Shown here: one piece after another, positions 1-12,269 of the stretch
Layout: each line of letters starts with the position of its first letter
Numbering within the stretch: the first letter of the stretch is position 1
Source: Eledone cirrhosa
Taxonomy: Eukaryota
DNA: 64,000 nucleotides
Assembly (NCBI GenBank): GCA_964016885.1
Contig: OZ024747.1
Coordinates: 33,976,001 to 34,040,000 of the forward strand
Direction: 5' to 3'
The notes under the pieces: generated by a model
What the model was told of the DNA's origin: nothing
Database searches by the model: none
The model's input: only the letters and a program-made list of their open reading frames with translations
Program-made: the position numbers and the translations under genes

Positions 1-250
1 CACCATTCTCAAGCTGTGGCACGCCGCCCAGGCCTTGCTCTTCCTCTCAACCACATCATTTTCCGTATTCCCAATCTTTGCTCCCAAATACAGGAAGCCC
101 TCAACCAATTCTAGCGGCTTCCCGTCTACATTAGTGATCCCCTCTGGCTTCTCAACATTCTCTACCAGATATTTTGTTTTAGTCTCATTTATTCTCAGCC
201 CCACACTCATCGACACAGTCTCAACCTCCCGCATCAAATCCTCAGCTCAA
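1..250 (-). mobile_element. RTE-type non-LTR retrotransposon RT fragment (inverted 5' part)
   Basis: Minus strand translates as ...VGLRINETKTKY...LELVEGFLYLGAKI...RKSKAWAAC, typical of the late RT domains of RTE-like LINEs. Confidence 0.8.
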
Positions 251-252
251 AA

Positions 253-496
253 GTGACACAGAGGAGATTGAGGTTAGCTGGACAAGCTCACCGACATCCA
301 GAGTTGACATTGCACTCAGTGCTCCTTTGGGAGCCCCTACATGGACACACTAGAAGAGGAAGTCCAAGGTTAACGTATGTTGATGCCCTAAGGACAGACA
401 CTGGTCTGTTGGAGAGGCAGGACATGGCAGCGATAATGAGGGACAGAGACCGCTCGAGAGAACTCGTCCATGGATCTCGGGAATTTTACCCGCCTT

Positions 497-497
<1 letters not shown>
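253..497 (+). mobile_element. RTE-type LINE 3' end
   Basis: ORF RRLRLAGQAHR...LLWEP...RRGSPRLTYVD...MRDRDRSRELV matches the RTE C-terminal motif; followed by (TA)n. Confidence 0.8.
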
Positions 498-530
<33 letters not shown>

Positions 531-787
531 GGAAAAAAATGAAACGAAATTTCATTTTCCACTCTTAGTACGGCTGTTACTTAAATATAAGTATGTATAC
601 TTACATACATTTAGGTATACAGACGTACAGTATTATATATATATACATACATGCACACATATATATGTACGTATGGATTCACCGAACATTTATTATAATG
701 CTCGGTGTGTTTGTAAACAAACATCCCGTATTAAGCCGTAGTGTCTAGCAACCATCGTTGCTCGTTTTTTTAACACTGACAAAGGAA

Positions 788-828
788 CGCGGTACTAGTT
801 TCAAGCTTATTAGCTCTCGTCAGCAACG
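788..828 (-). ncRNA. Minimal type I hammerhead ribozyme (family A)
   Basis: Reverse complement: cgttg CTGACGA GAGCT-aata-AGCTT GAAA CTAG TA ccgcg; palindromic stem III ACTAGT. Confidence 0.8.
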
Positions 829-1266
829 TATACCTTCCTGCCAGATGATTGTACTTCTGAAAGTATATACTTTACTTATGCATATTAACGGCTGAGCAGC
901 CTAATTTGCATATCGAGTGGGTTAATCGGCCGGGTGCACCGAAAACGATAAATGAAAAAGAATGAAATGAAATGAAATTTCTCACTCTTAGTATGGCTGA
1001 TACTTAAAAATGAATATGTATACGTACATACATATATGTATACAGACGTACAGTATAATGTATATATGTACATACATGCACACATATATATATATATATA
1101 TGTACGTATGGGTTTTCCGTACATTTCGTTTCATTTTTTCCGTTTACCGTTATCGGTGCGCCCGGCCGACTATCTCACTCGATATGCAAATCAGGCTGCT
1201 CAACCGTTAATATGCATAAGTAAAGTATATACTTTTAAACATTAAATCTTATGGCAGGAAGGTATA

Positions 1267-1300
1267 CGGTGCTGACGATAAGCTTGAAACTAGTTCATCG
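1267..1300 (+). ncRNA. Minimal hammerhead ribozyme with collapsed stem II (family A)
   Basis: cggtg CTGACGA taagctt GAAA CTAG TT catcg; stem I CGGTG/CATCG. Confidence 0.65.
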
Positions 1301-1577
1301 TTCGTTTGTCAGTGTTGAACAAAAGGGCAACGATGGTTGCTAAACAATGTACGGCTTCATTCGGGCTGTTTGTTTACAAACAAACCGAATATTATAATAA
1401 ATGTTCGGTAAACCGATACGTACATATATATACGTGTGCATGTATGTATATATCTACATACTACTGTACGTCTGTATACATATATGTATGTACGTATACA
1501 TACTTATATTTAGTTTTATGTATATATATTATATATATATATATATGCAAGTTGAAGGAAGACGTAGTAGAAGAAGA

Positions 1578-1962
1578 TCATCATTATTTTACGTCTGCTT
1601 TGTCCTGTTTGCAAGGGTGGGACGGGAACTGATTCTGGCTTTATTTCTACAGCTGGATTCCCTTCCTAACACCAAGCCGCCAACCTCATTTACAGTGAGT
1701 GCTGGGTGCTTTTTTCCCTGTGGCGCCTACACATCCACTTTACAGTGTGAGCTAGGTGCTCTTTATTTTGCCGTGGCACCTCCACCACCACTTTGCCGTG
1801 GACTGATAGGGACCCCAGTCCTATCATCTCAATTCTACAGCTGAGTAAATTGGACCAATTTGAAATAAAGTATCTTGCTCAAGGAAACAACACATCACCT
1901 GGTCCGAGAATTGAACTCACAACCTTTCGATTTCAAGGCCAATGCTCTATCCACTAAGCCAT
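1578..1962 (-). mobile_element. tRNA-headed CORE-like SINE with RTE-type tail
   Basis: Minus strand: A box tggcttagtgg, B box gagttcaattc, CORE-like ccttgagcaagatacttta, tail gacgtaaaataatgatga. Confidence 0.75.
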
Positions 1963-2254
1963 ATATATATATAATGTAATGAATCTTTCTTGAAATCTGA
2001 CCTCTCTTCATGCCCAGTTTTTCCTCATATTCTATACTAAATTATTCTGCAAACTCTTGGAACCTTTTACCATACTCAAATATTTAACATTGGGATAATT
2101 ATCTTACGTAACTCTACCAATCACCTTGAGTACAACTATCTGGTAAGCTGTTAATTTCACCTTTTGTTTGCATATTCAATCCACACAAATATGGATTAAC
2201 CAACATAAAGTGAAACATCTTTAACTTCTCGTATTATATATATATATATATATA

Positions 2255-2668
2255 TATTATTCAAAATATTAACAAATGAAAAATATTCACATAATCAAAA
2301 TATATACTTTATTATATATATTTCAAAGGTACTGTGTTGTTTTTTTCAGTACATCCTCATCAGACAAAATATATGATTTGATATATGACATACCGCTACG
2401 GTCTTGATTATTCAAATCCCGTACTGGCAGTCAAGACCATAGCGGTATGTCATATATCAAATCGTATATTTTGTCTGATGAGGACGTACTGAATAAACAA
2501 CACAGTACCTTTGAAATATATATAATAAAGTATATATTTTGATTATGAAAATATTTTTCATTTGTTAATATTTTGAATAATATTAAAAACTCCAGGAAAA
2601 CCTAACTGTCTAGTGTAAAATTGTATTCATTGAGTAATCAACGAACCATACTAATCTTTTGTCATATA
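2255..2668 (+). mobile_element. Family E fold-back insertion (PLE pLTR-like): ~150-bp inverted arms plus ~85-bp unpaired tail
   Basis: 2255-2407 is the reverse complement of 2431-2582; flanked by (TA)n on both sides. Confidence 0.75.
2470..2525 (+). ncRNA. Hammerhead-like core
   Basis: CTGATGA ggacGTACTG-loop-CAGTACcttt GAAA tatata; stem I/III register imperfect. Confidence 0.45.
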
Positions 2669-3448
2669 AATATATATATATATATTTGTGTAAGTCTGCA
2701 CTAACATGAATGGTATCAACTTAATGCACCGAAACTATAATGATTTCCAGAGTCTGTTCATTTTTCCATTGGTTTTTCCATTGTCGTGTGCCCCTCTATT
2801 TTCAATTCCAGTTCTAAACATAATCTGATAATAATATTCACCAGAATTAGCCCTAATATGACTTCATGGTCCTGTGGATAAAAATGATGAATATTTTACC
2901 CCAGTGAATGGCAAGTGAGATCTAATGAATTATAATGCTATTTGGGATATAATTTGGATATGGCAATAAATCCCAAGTGAGTTGCTGATGTGAACACAAG
3001 AGAGCTCAAAATTGTATATAATAATATTCACTGCACCATTCATAATTCTCTCTTACTTTTGGATCTCAATTAATCGCCCCTCCCCCTCTGCATTTTTCAG
3101 TGCCTCCTCACCTATTAAATTTTGTTCATCTATCCTCAGTGACATTTTATTTTAAGTGGTAGCATTCCTGTGATAATTAATTTTCTTTAGACATTAACAA
3201 ATATTGTGCCTAACATAAAAGAACTTTACAAGAAATCTCATACGTTATAAAATTAGCAGGATGGTTTGGGGTCTCAATATGTAAACTAAACAACTAATTG
3301 GTTTTTTAAAATGAAGGTAGACAACCTAGTACAATTATCATCCCCACCCCACTTATTCTAACTTCCCCCTAATATTTGGGACCCGAGAGTAAGTGTCTCA
3401 ATTGGAAAACTATTAGATATAAAAATGTCATATTAATTTCTAATTCCG

Positions 3449-3633
3449 TGGCGGTGGATTGGCTGTATCGGTAGAGGGTCGGATGCCATGCTTTCCAGCA
3501 TAGTTATGTCATTTTATGGTCTGAGTTCAAATCCTGCCGAGGTTAACTTTGCCTTTCATCCTTACGGGGTCGATAAAATAAAGTACCAGTAATTCACTGT
3601 GTAATTGCTGGCCTTGTACCAAATGTAGAAACA
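3449..3633 (+). mobile_element. tRNA-headed SINE with Meta-like central domain
   Basis: B box gagttcaaatcc; gcctttcatccttacggggtcgataaaataaagtacc; 15-bp TSD attaatttctaattc. Confidence 0.85.
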
Positions 3634-4119
3634 ATTAATTTCTAATTCAGTCAATGAATTACTTTGTACACGTGATTAGCTAAACAGATGGAACATTTGT
3701 AATATATTATCTGTAATATTATCTGTTGATGTCTAGACTGCAAATGTATTTAATCATTATCGCGATTTATTTTATTTTAGAGAAAAATCTACATATGAAA
3801 ATGATAGTCTATATTTTCTCTACAAATATCTTGATTTATGAGCCTATCTTCTAATTTAGTTGCTATAGGGTGTCTATAGAATATACTCAAGGTAGATATG
3901 TTTTGAAATCCATACAATGCAAGTGGGTTAGAATTATCAAAGTAATAATTTGGAAGGGAATTGAGAGAATTTGTCTCAAAACTTTTCAGATAATTCTAAC
4001 CCTCTTGCATTGTACGGCTTTCTAAACATACCCACTTTTCAGTTTCATATTCCACAATGCTTCAAGCAAACTATTACACCTTTTTTACACTCAAGGTTGA
4101 TTAACAGAATCAGTAAAGC

Positions 4120-4300
4120 ACGCCCACTTTGCAGTGGAATGATAGGGACCCCAGTCCCTATCATCTCATTTCTAGAGCTGAGTAAACTGCAGCAATGTGA
4201 AATAAAGTCTTGCTCAAGGAAACAACACATTACCCAGTCTGAGAATTGAACTCAACCTTTCGATTGCAAGGCCAATGCTCTAAGCACTAAGCCATATGCC
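4120..4300 (-). mobile_element. CORE-like SINE, 5' half
   Basis: Closely similar to 1785-1962. Confidence 0.75.
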
Positions 4301-4344
4301 TCCATATATACATATATATATGGCTACATATATATATACATATA

Positions 4345-5440
4345 TATATACATATATAACAGAGGAGTTTAAGACCAGATGCCCATGGGATCTTCTGTAC
4401 ACGGATGATCTTACATTTATAGCTGAATCTATGGTGGAACTAGAGTAGAAATTCCAAAAGCAGGGACTAGATAGAGGGGGCCTCAGAATCAACATGACAA
4501 ACACTAAGGTCCTCATAAGTAGATGAGAAAACAGAGCCCAGATCCTCTCAGGGAAATGGCCTTGCTCAGTATGCAGGAAAGTGTAGGTAGAAATTCCATC
4601 CTCTGCCCCAAATGCAAAGTATGGGTGCACAAGAGATGTAGTTGGATCTCAGGAAGTTTAATTAAGAATGTAGGCTTTACATGTAGCAGTTGTACCGGGA
4701 CAGTAAGCAGCAAACAGCCACAGGGAACAACAACTATCAAATTCTGGGAGGGCTCTGTAGAAACAGTAGACAGCTTCTGCTATCTAGGAGACCACATTAG
4801 TAGCGGAAGGGGGTGTTCTGAAAGTACAGTAACCAGGGTAAGAACGGGATGGAAGAAGTTCAGGGAGCTACTACCACTGCTAGCTACAAAAGGCTTTTCC
4901 CTCAAAATGAAATCAGACTGTATGATGTGTGTATACAAAATAGCAATGTTACATGGTAGTGAGTCCTGTGCGCTGTCTGTGGACGATTTGCATAGATTAG
5001 AAAGAAACGAAGCCTGCATGTTCCGATGGATGTCATCATCATCATCATCATCACCGTTTTACGTTCGTTCTTCCATGCTAGCATGGGTTAGACGGGTTGT
5101 CCTGTTGTGGGCAGTGTCTGGTCGGCTGACCATGCCTTGCTTATACAGGAACTGATTTTGGCTTGATTTCTACAGCTGGATGCCCTTCCTAACACCAACC
5201 TAATTTACTGTGAGTGCTGGATGTGTAATAGTAATATACGTGAATGGCAAAGCATAAACAAATTGAGAGAGAGACTGAGCATAAGAGGAATAAAATGCTG
5301 TGTGCAGGAGAGGAGGTTGCGTTGGTATGGACATGTGATGGGTATGAAGGATGACAGCTGCATAAAAATGTGCAGAGCACTAGAAGTCGATGGGAGCCGT
5401 GGAGTGAGGAGACCCAAGAAAACCTGGAATGGGGTGATAA
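4345..5440 (+). mobile_element. Decayed RTE LINE with PHD-like Cys module, interrupted by a minus-strand SINE tail at ~5033-5217
   Basis: LLYTDDL; CPKCKVWVHKRC..CSSC; SFCYLGD; GWKKFRELLPLL; RRLRWYGHV; GVRRPKKTW. Confidence 0.85.
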
Positions 5441-5589
5441 ATCTGACCTTCCCAATTGCACCTCTCAAAGGCGATGACACAGAACTGAGATCTCTGGTGG
5501 TATGCAGTAATACGGAAGACCCGAGTTCCCATGGGTACAAGCTGAAGCATATAGAAAATATGCCCCCACACCCTTTCCAATGTAAAGTG

Positions 5590-5845
5590 GTGATGTAGGT
5601 GTCATGACAAAAAACACCCAGTCCACACTGTAAAGTGGCCGTGTGGGCGCCACGGTAAAAAAGCACCCAGTATTCACTGTAAATGAGGTTTGTGTTAGGA
5701 AGGGCATCCAGCTGTAGAAACCAAGCCAAAATCAGTCCTATATGAGCAAGACACAGTCACCTGACCAGGCATTGCCCACAACAGGACAAACCATCTAACT
5801 CATTCTAGCATGGAGACATCGACGTAAAACGGTTATGATGATGAT
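5590..5845 (+). mobile_element. SINE 3' half with RTE-like tail
   Basis: gttaggaagggcatccagctgtagaaacc...gacgtaaaacggttatgatgatga; homologous to 1578-1780. Confidence 0.65.
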
Positions 5846-5855
5846 ATACATATAT

Positions 5856-5894
<39 letters not shown>

Positions 5895-5895
<1 letters not shown>

Positions 5896-6536
5896 CAAAT
5901 GCAGGTAGGTTCTATAGAAGTGGTTGATAGTTTCCAGTATGTGGGTGACCAGATTAGCATGGGAGGGGGCTATCCCTAGGCCATAGTATCTAGAATAGGC
6001 ATGGGTTAGAAGAAGTTTAGGGATCTGCTTCTTCTGTTGACAAAGAAGGGTTTCTCACTGTGTACGAAAGGCCGGTTATATGATGCCCGTGTCAGATGCG
6101 CGATGCTGTATGGTAGTGAGACATGGGCAGCAACTGCAGAGGAATTGCGATGGCTGGAGAGAAATCAAGCAAGCATGCTCTGTTGGATGTTTAATGTCAA
6201 TGTACGTGAGTGACCAAGCATGGATAAGTTGAGAGAGAAACTGTGTATAAGAGGGATAAGTTGTAGTGTGTGGGAGAGAAGACTGAGATGGTAAGGACAT
6301 GTGATGTGTATGGAGGATGACCGCTGAGTAAAGAAGTGCCAATAAATCTCAGTAGAAGGAAGACACAGTCGAGGAAGATCACAAAAAACATGGTCGGAGG
6401 TGGTGAGAGCAGACCTCAGATCGCTGAAGATCACGGAGGAGATGACGAAGGACCGTGACAAGTGGAGAGATGTTGTGCTGAAAGAGACCCATCTCACCCT
6501 TGCAAGCAGGGAAAAGCGGACATAAAATGATGATGA

Positions 6537-6540
<4 letters not shown>
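5895..6540 (+). mobile_element. 5'-truncated RTE LINE
   Basis: IEVVDSFQYVG...RRLRW*GHV; ends ggacataaaatgatgatgat plus (TA)n. Confidence 0.85.
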
Positions 6541-6602
<62 letters not shown>

Positions 6603-6608
<6 letters not shown>

Positions 6609-7100
6609 CGTAAAATAAGAAAAAAATAAAATAAAATAAAAAAAATGTTTTTTTAAATTAACTTACTTACTTAAATTTTCACTCCAACTAATTAGTTCCT
6701 GCAATGGGATAAAGACAGATACGTAATGAACTGTTGAGAATTTCATTGCGTCATCAGGGAGATCATTCTCAGCCAAGTCTCCAGGCAATGCGCGGACACT
6801 GGGGACTCATATAAAAATAATAATAATTCGGTAAATGGAACAGCTATCGAGGACTGGATTCCAGGTACTAGAATTCTCACTGCCACTGATCATATGGCCG
6901 ATTCTAAAGAATCAATCACGTGACACAGAGGCTAGTCATTAGGAATGGGATGGTAAGATGACAGACGCCTACTAACACCCCCAAAAAATTTAGAAGTGGT
7001 TTTGGCAGGTTTGCTCGACAAATCAGTGATTTGGAGATAAATATAGATAATTTAATATATCTACTAACATAAGCGCACAGATGTACGCCAATGCCAGCGT
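6603..7100 (-). mobile_element. Family B non-coding hammerhead element (diverged copy)
   Basis: Colinear with 57080-57530; between TA-rich tracts. Confidence 0.7.
6682..6761 (-). ncRNA. Type I hammerhead (family B), GAAA mutated to GGAA
   Basis: ctcc CTGATGA c GCAATG...CATTGC a GGAA CTAATTAG TT ggag. Confidence 0.6.
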
Positions 7101-7994
7101 ATACATATATATATACACACACACACACACATATACACTTTGTTTTTGTACCTGTTTTGCAAGATTTCTCATCTGAAGATTTCTAATCCGATATGAAACA
7201 GATATTGTTATATTTTGGGAGAGTCATGCTGCCAATAAAAACACTTGCTGATTCCACAGCTGTTTCCAAACTGATTGAATCAGTTCGGAAATAACTGTTG
7301 AAATGGCAGGAGCTCAGCCATAGGAGTCCCAGATTCTTCATATATATATGTATTAATCTCCCGAGTCTTACAATTAACCTGTTAATAATTCTATTGACAG
7401 ATTAATTGCATAAGTTTATTTTAAAAACTACCCGGTCCAGAGCTTATTAGATTTGTGCTATTTATGCAATGTTTTGCATGGATTTACACATACTGAATTC
7501 ATTTGCCAAAATTTGGGGTTTTTCCCCTGTGAGTTACACATGTGCTTTTACGAAACACTGTGTCATCCACAACACTGGCGCAGAACAAAATACCTGTTGA
7601 TAACGTGATATTCCTCGTTTGATCATTATACCAAAAGCTTATTGTTTTAAGCAGTCAGTATTATTGATTTAGATGTCGCAGAAACCCTGTACTGGATTTT
7701 ACCATCGATTCTAAGAGTCTGGGTTTGTTATATATATATATGTATATATATATGTATATATGAATATGTCATTTATTTTGTCTGACCTGTTTAGCTTGAC
7801 CTGTTTTTTGGCTTAGGTGGTTAATGGCTTCTTGACCGCCTTCTCAGTTTGTATAGCCTTTATAACCTATGTTTATTGCTCTGGTCTTTTTAGCCCATGG
7901 AGCGCTTGCCAGCATGACTAGGAATTTGTGTTACATTTCGCTTTTTCTACTCACTGAAATGCGATTCTCGCTGAATTTATATTTATATATATAA

Positions 7995-8832
7995 GGACGG
8001 GCTGCTGGAAAAAAATTAGGGAGCTGCTTCCTCTGTTGACAGAGAAGGGTTTCTCTCTTACACAATGCAGATCTTGGGTACACAAGAGATATAGTGGGAT
8101 AGAAGGCAAGCTAACAGGTAGAGAAAACTATGTATGCAGTAGATGTACAGGGAAATTTGACAGTAGAAGTCACAGTGATAGAGACATTTTTCAAATGCGG
8201 TTAGGACCTATAGAGGTGGTTGATAGCTTCCAATACCTAGGTGATCATATTAGCAAGGGAGGAGGGTGGTCCAAGACAAGAGTATCCAGAATAAGGAAGG
8301 GGTGGAAGAAGTTTAGGGAGTTGCTTCCTCTGATGACAAAGAAGGGTTTCTCCATGGGTACAAAAGGACGGTTATATGATGCCTGTGTGAGATACGTGAT
8401 GCTGCATGGTAGTGAGAAATGGGCAGCAACTGTGGAAGATATGCAACGGCTGGAGAGAAATGAAGCAAGTATACTCCGTTGGATGTGTAATGTCAATGTG
8501 CGTGAACGATCAAGCATAGATGAGTTGAGAGATAAACTGTGTATAAGTTGGATAGGCTGTAGTGTGCAGGAGAGGAGACTGCGTTGGTATGGACATGTGA
8601 TGCACATGGAGGATGATCGCTAGATAAAGAAGTGCCAAGAAATTCCAGTAGAAGGAAGATGCAGTCGAGAAAGACCACGAAAAACATGGGTGGAGGTGGT
8701 GAGAGCAGATCTCAGATCACTCCAGCTGACGGGGGAGATGACAAAGGACTGTGACAAGTGGAGAGATGCTGTGCTTAATAAGACCCATCCCACCCTTGTT
8801 AGCAGGGAAAGATGGACGTAAAATGATGGTGA
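7995..8832 (+). mobile_element. 5'-truncated RTE LINE
   Basis: ORF 8036-8623: CRSWVHKRY..CSRC, SFQYLGD, GWKKFRELLPL, RRLRWYGHV; tail ggacgtaaaatgatggtgat. Confidence 0.88.
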
Positions 8833-9065
8833 TATATATATTTTATACACATAATGACCTACATGTGTAAATTCACATACAGTAATACATGTATCTACAC
8901 ATACACAGCCACAAGCAAATGTCATGCAGATATATGAATTCATAAACACCTCTATATAAGCATATGCCGGTGCAAGCACATTATGAGTTTATGCACAGAT
9001 GTATACAAACACACATGCAAACACATAATGCATATATATGATTCCATACACAAATCTACACACAT

Positions 9066-9252
9066 TGGATTGGCAGTATCGGTAGAGGATCGGACGCCAT
9101 GCTTTGCAGCAAAGAGTTACGGCCCTTTATGGTCTGAGTTCAAATCCCGCCGAGGTTAAACTTTGCCTTTCATCCTTACGGCGTCGATAAAATAAAGTAC
9201 CAGTAATACACTGGAATAATTGCTGGCCTTGTGCCAAAAGTAGAAACAATTA
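9066..9252 (+). mobile_element. Meta-like SINE
   Basis: Copy of 3449-3633. Confidence 0.85.
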
Positions 9253-10733
9253 TTAATATATATGAATTTATACCCATATACAAATGTCTAAAGATGAGTG
9301 AGAAAAATTGTGCATGAAGTGAGAGAGATTCAGAGAAAAAATCAAAAAGAGATTGAAGAAGAATATTCTATTTTAGAACTCAAATTGACAATGCTCTATT
9401 TTGTCATTTCACCAAAGGACAATGTTCAGTAAATTTTACAAGCACATATGTCTTGCATTTGGGTAAAAATTAATATTTTGTTTGTGTGTTTTTAATGAAT
9501 CTGTCATCCAAACCCATCTGAAATGACTTGGTTTTCAAATATCGGAGAAAAGCAGGTGGTGGGGGTAAAAGAAACTTGGAGTTTCCCACCCTCAAAGATT
9601 TCATTATAATCACAGCCATCTTGCATGGGAGGTGAAGCATTTTTTTTCCAAGGAGTGAAAAGAATTCTGACCCAAGCCCAAGATGTTCTTGTTAAATTTT
9701 ACCAAATATTCTATTTTGGTACACTCTTTCAAGGCTGTTCCATTCTCAGTCCATTTGAAATTTTCATATTTCTCCATGTTCATTCTTAAATATTCTGTAT
9801 TTAACTATAGGAAGAGCTTAGATTCAGTTTCTTGTGTTTGTGGATTATTCAGTAATATATTTGAATTTCCATGCCAACTTTTGAGAAGATTTGAGAAAAT
9901 ATGTTTAAAAGCAATTCGACTCAGTTACGCATTTATAAATTTATATAGAAAAGTGTAGCATTTACAGTAAATGTTAATTTCAACATACATTCCATTTGTA
10001 TACTGCTTTTTAAAATGAATATTGTATAACTTCATAAGCATCTTCTGCTTAAAATATATTACAGTGCATTAATATTTGCAAAGGAAGTGAAAATGAAGAA
10101 ATGCTAATAATTTTAACTGTGATTAAACCATTTCTTCATTGCTAACTGAAGATTTCATTAACTGACTGTTAACAAAACAATATTTAATGACGATTTTAAA
10201 AGAGGAACTAGATTTAAAAATTTCAAACTACACAGGAGTTTTATGTTTGTTTATGTTTATTTTATTTTATTTATATTTCCTTGTATTTTAATTTTATTTA
10301 TCTTTTCATATCTAATTTTCTAACTATCAAGGAATTTTTCCAAAATTCTTTCATATTTCAATATTCACTATATGAGAAATCAATAAATAAATTACATCTG
10401 TTGAAAGGAATATTTTTATGTGAAAAAATGCCTTACACATCATTTGTTGTTATTCATTTTATTCTTCATCTAATATTCATAAATTTCCAATTTCTTCCTA
10501 TGAAGGATTTCACTGGTAATTTTCTCAGTCAGAGAGAATGTAAGCAACTATTTTCAGTCATATCACACTAGTTAATATTGCAGTGATGCATTAGAAAAAG
10601 AATGATATGAAGGATAAGGTATTCTCTTGCTAACTCATGGTGATTAGTTTTAAATCTGCTATAGCAAATTCATTTTGTGTGTGCATACATATATATGTGT
10701 ATGTGTATGTATATATATATATATGTGTATGTG

Positions 10734-10790
<57 letters not shown>

Positions 10791-10847
10791 ATGATGATGA
10801 TGATGATATACACATATACACACACACACATGCATATATATATATAT

Positions 10848-11968
10848 CCAAAATTAAATTAAGGGTTGTCATGTCTGAGAGACATGCACCATATCCACTG
10901 TAGAATAAGCTCAAAGATTCCAATGAATAGATCCGAGCATTTTATATCAACTAGAAATAGATTGACACATATATATATAAAATAAATACATGGAACAATC
11001 ACAGGGATAATTTGTAAAGTATGTAAGTACACATAACTAGGTAGGTAACTAATTAAAGTTTAACTAGAACTTCTAATATAGATACCTTTTAAAATGATTA
11101 ATCCCCTTTGTATATATTTTTTTAAGTAAGAAATATATTTCACCAATTTTTAATCAGTAAATCATAGTAGTCAAATCCTGGATGGTCACCAAAGGAGAAG
11201 GAAATAACTATCTGCGTTTACAAAGCAAATGCAAATCTGAGAATGACTCGAACCACGTCTTGCATTTTTAAAAATTACACACATCGCACAGCGTCATCCC
11301 AGTGGCATGAATAGGATTATCGACACCTAGAACTAATCATTTAAAAAGGTATCTATATTTGAAGTACTAGTTAAACTTTAATTAGTTACCTACCTAGCTA
11401 TGTGTGCTTACATTCTTTACAAATTATTCCCTGTGATTGTTCCATGTATTTATATATATATATTAATCTATTTCTAGTTGATATAAAATGCTCGGATCTA
11501 TTGATTGGAATCTTTGAGCTTATTCTACAGTGGATATGGCGCATGTCTCTCAGACATGACAACCCTTAATTTAATTTTGATTGTTGAGCTAACTCAGTTG
11601 AATAGACTCGGCTGCTATTTCTAGCTGTCGATAATCCTATTCACGCCACTGGGATGACGCTGTGTGATGTGTGTATTTAAAAAAAATGCAACACGTGGTT
11701 CGAGTCATTCTCAGATTTGCATTTGCTTTGTAAACGCAGATAGTTATTTTCTTCTCCTTTGGTGACCATCCAGGATTTGACTACTATTTCTTACTAAAAG
11801 AAATATATACAAAGGAGATTAATCATGTTAAAAGGTATCTATATTTGAAGTTCTAATTAAACTTTAATTAGTTACCTACCTAGTTATGTGTGCTTACATA
11901 CTTTACAAATTATTCCCTGTGATTGTTCCATTTATATATATATATATATATGTCAATCTATTTCTAGT

Positions 11969-11972
<4 letters not shown>
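10848..11972. mobile_element. Family D non-coding element: inverted ~1 monomer joined to ~1.3 tandem monomers of 486 bp
   Basis: ggtatctatatttgaag at 11348 and 11834; 10848-11330 is the reverse complement of a permuted monomer; (TA)n flanks. Confidence 0.8.
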
Positions 11973-12005
<33 letters not shown>

Positions 12006-12269
12006 AAGAATTTGAAGTTTGAAGGCCACAACAATGCAGGTTACATGGAAAATAATTAAATCATAAGAAACAGGGGTTGTTTTTTTACACTAAGTTATTC
12101 ATATGTCCTGATATTTTGAGATTAATATCTCTTTTGAGGAAAATAAAGGAACTATTCCAGTGTCAGATGTGGCTATACCATGCTGGCCAGAAGTGGTTTT
12201 ATTATTTTTTTTTCCCCCAACCTTTTTTTGTTTTAGTGTCATGTGTTCCAATTGATACTATCAATGGAA

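Larger units (their letters stand above)
527..1512. mobile_element. Family A non-coding hammerhead element: ~1.4 monomers of 423 bp on minus joined to an inverted ~0.9 monomer on plus
   Basis: actcttagta at 561 and 984 (period 423); 1126-1512 is the reverse complement of the same unit; TA-rich flanks; second copy at 15097. Confidence 0.8.

Noticed and set aside
3449-3545. tRNA genes at SINE heads
   Set aside because: A/B boxes are present but there is no intact cloverleaf; they continue into SINE bodies with TSDs
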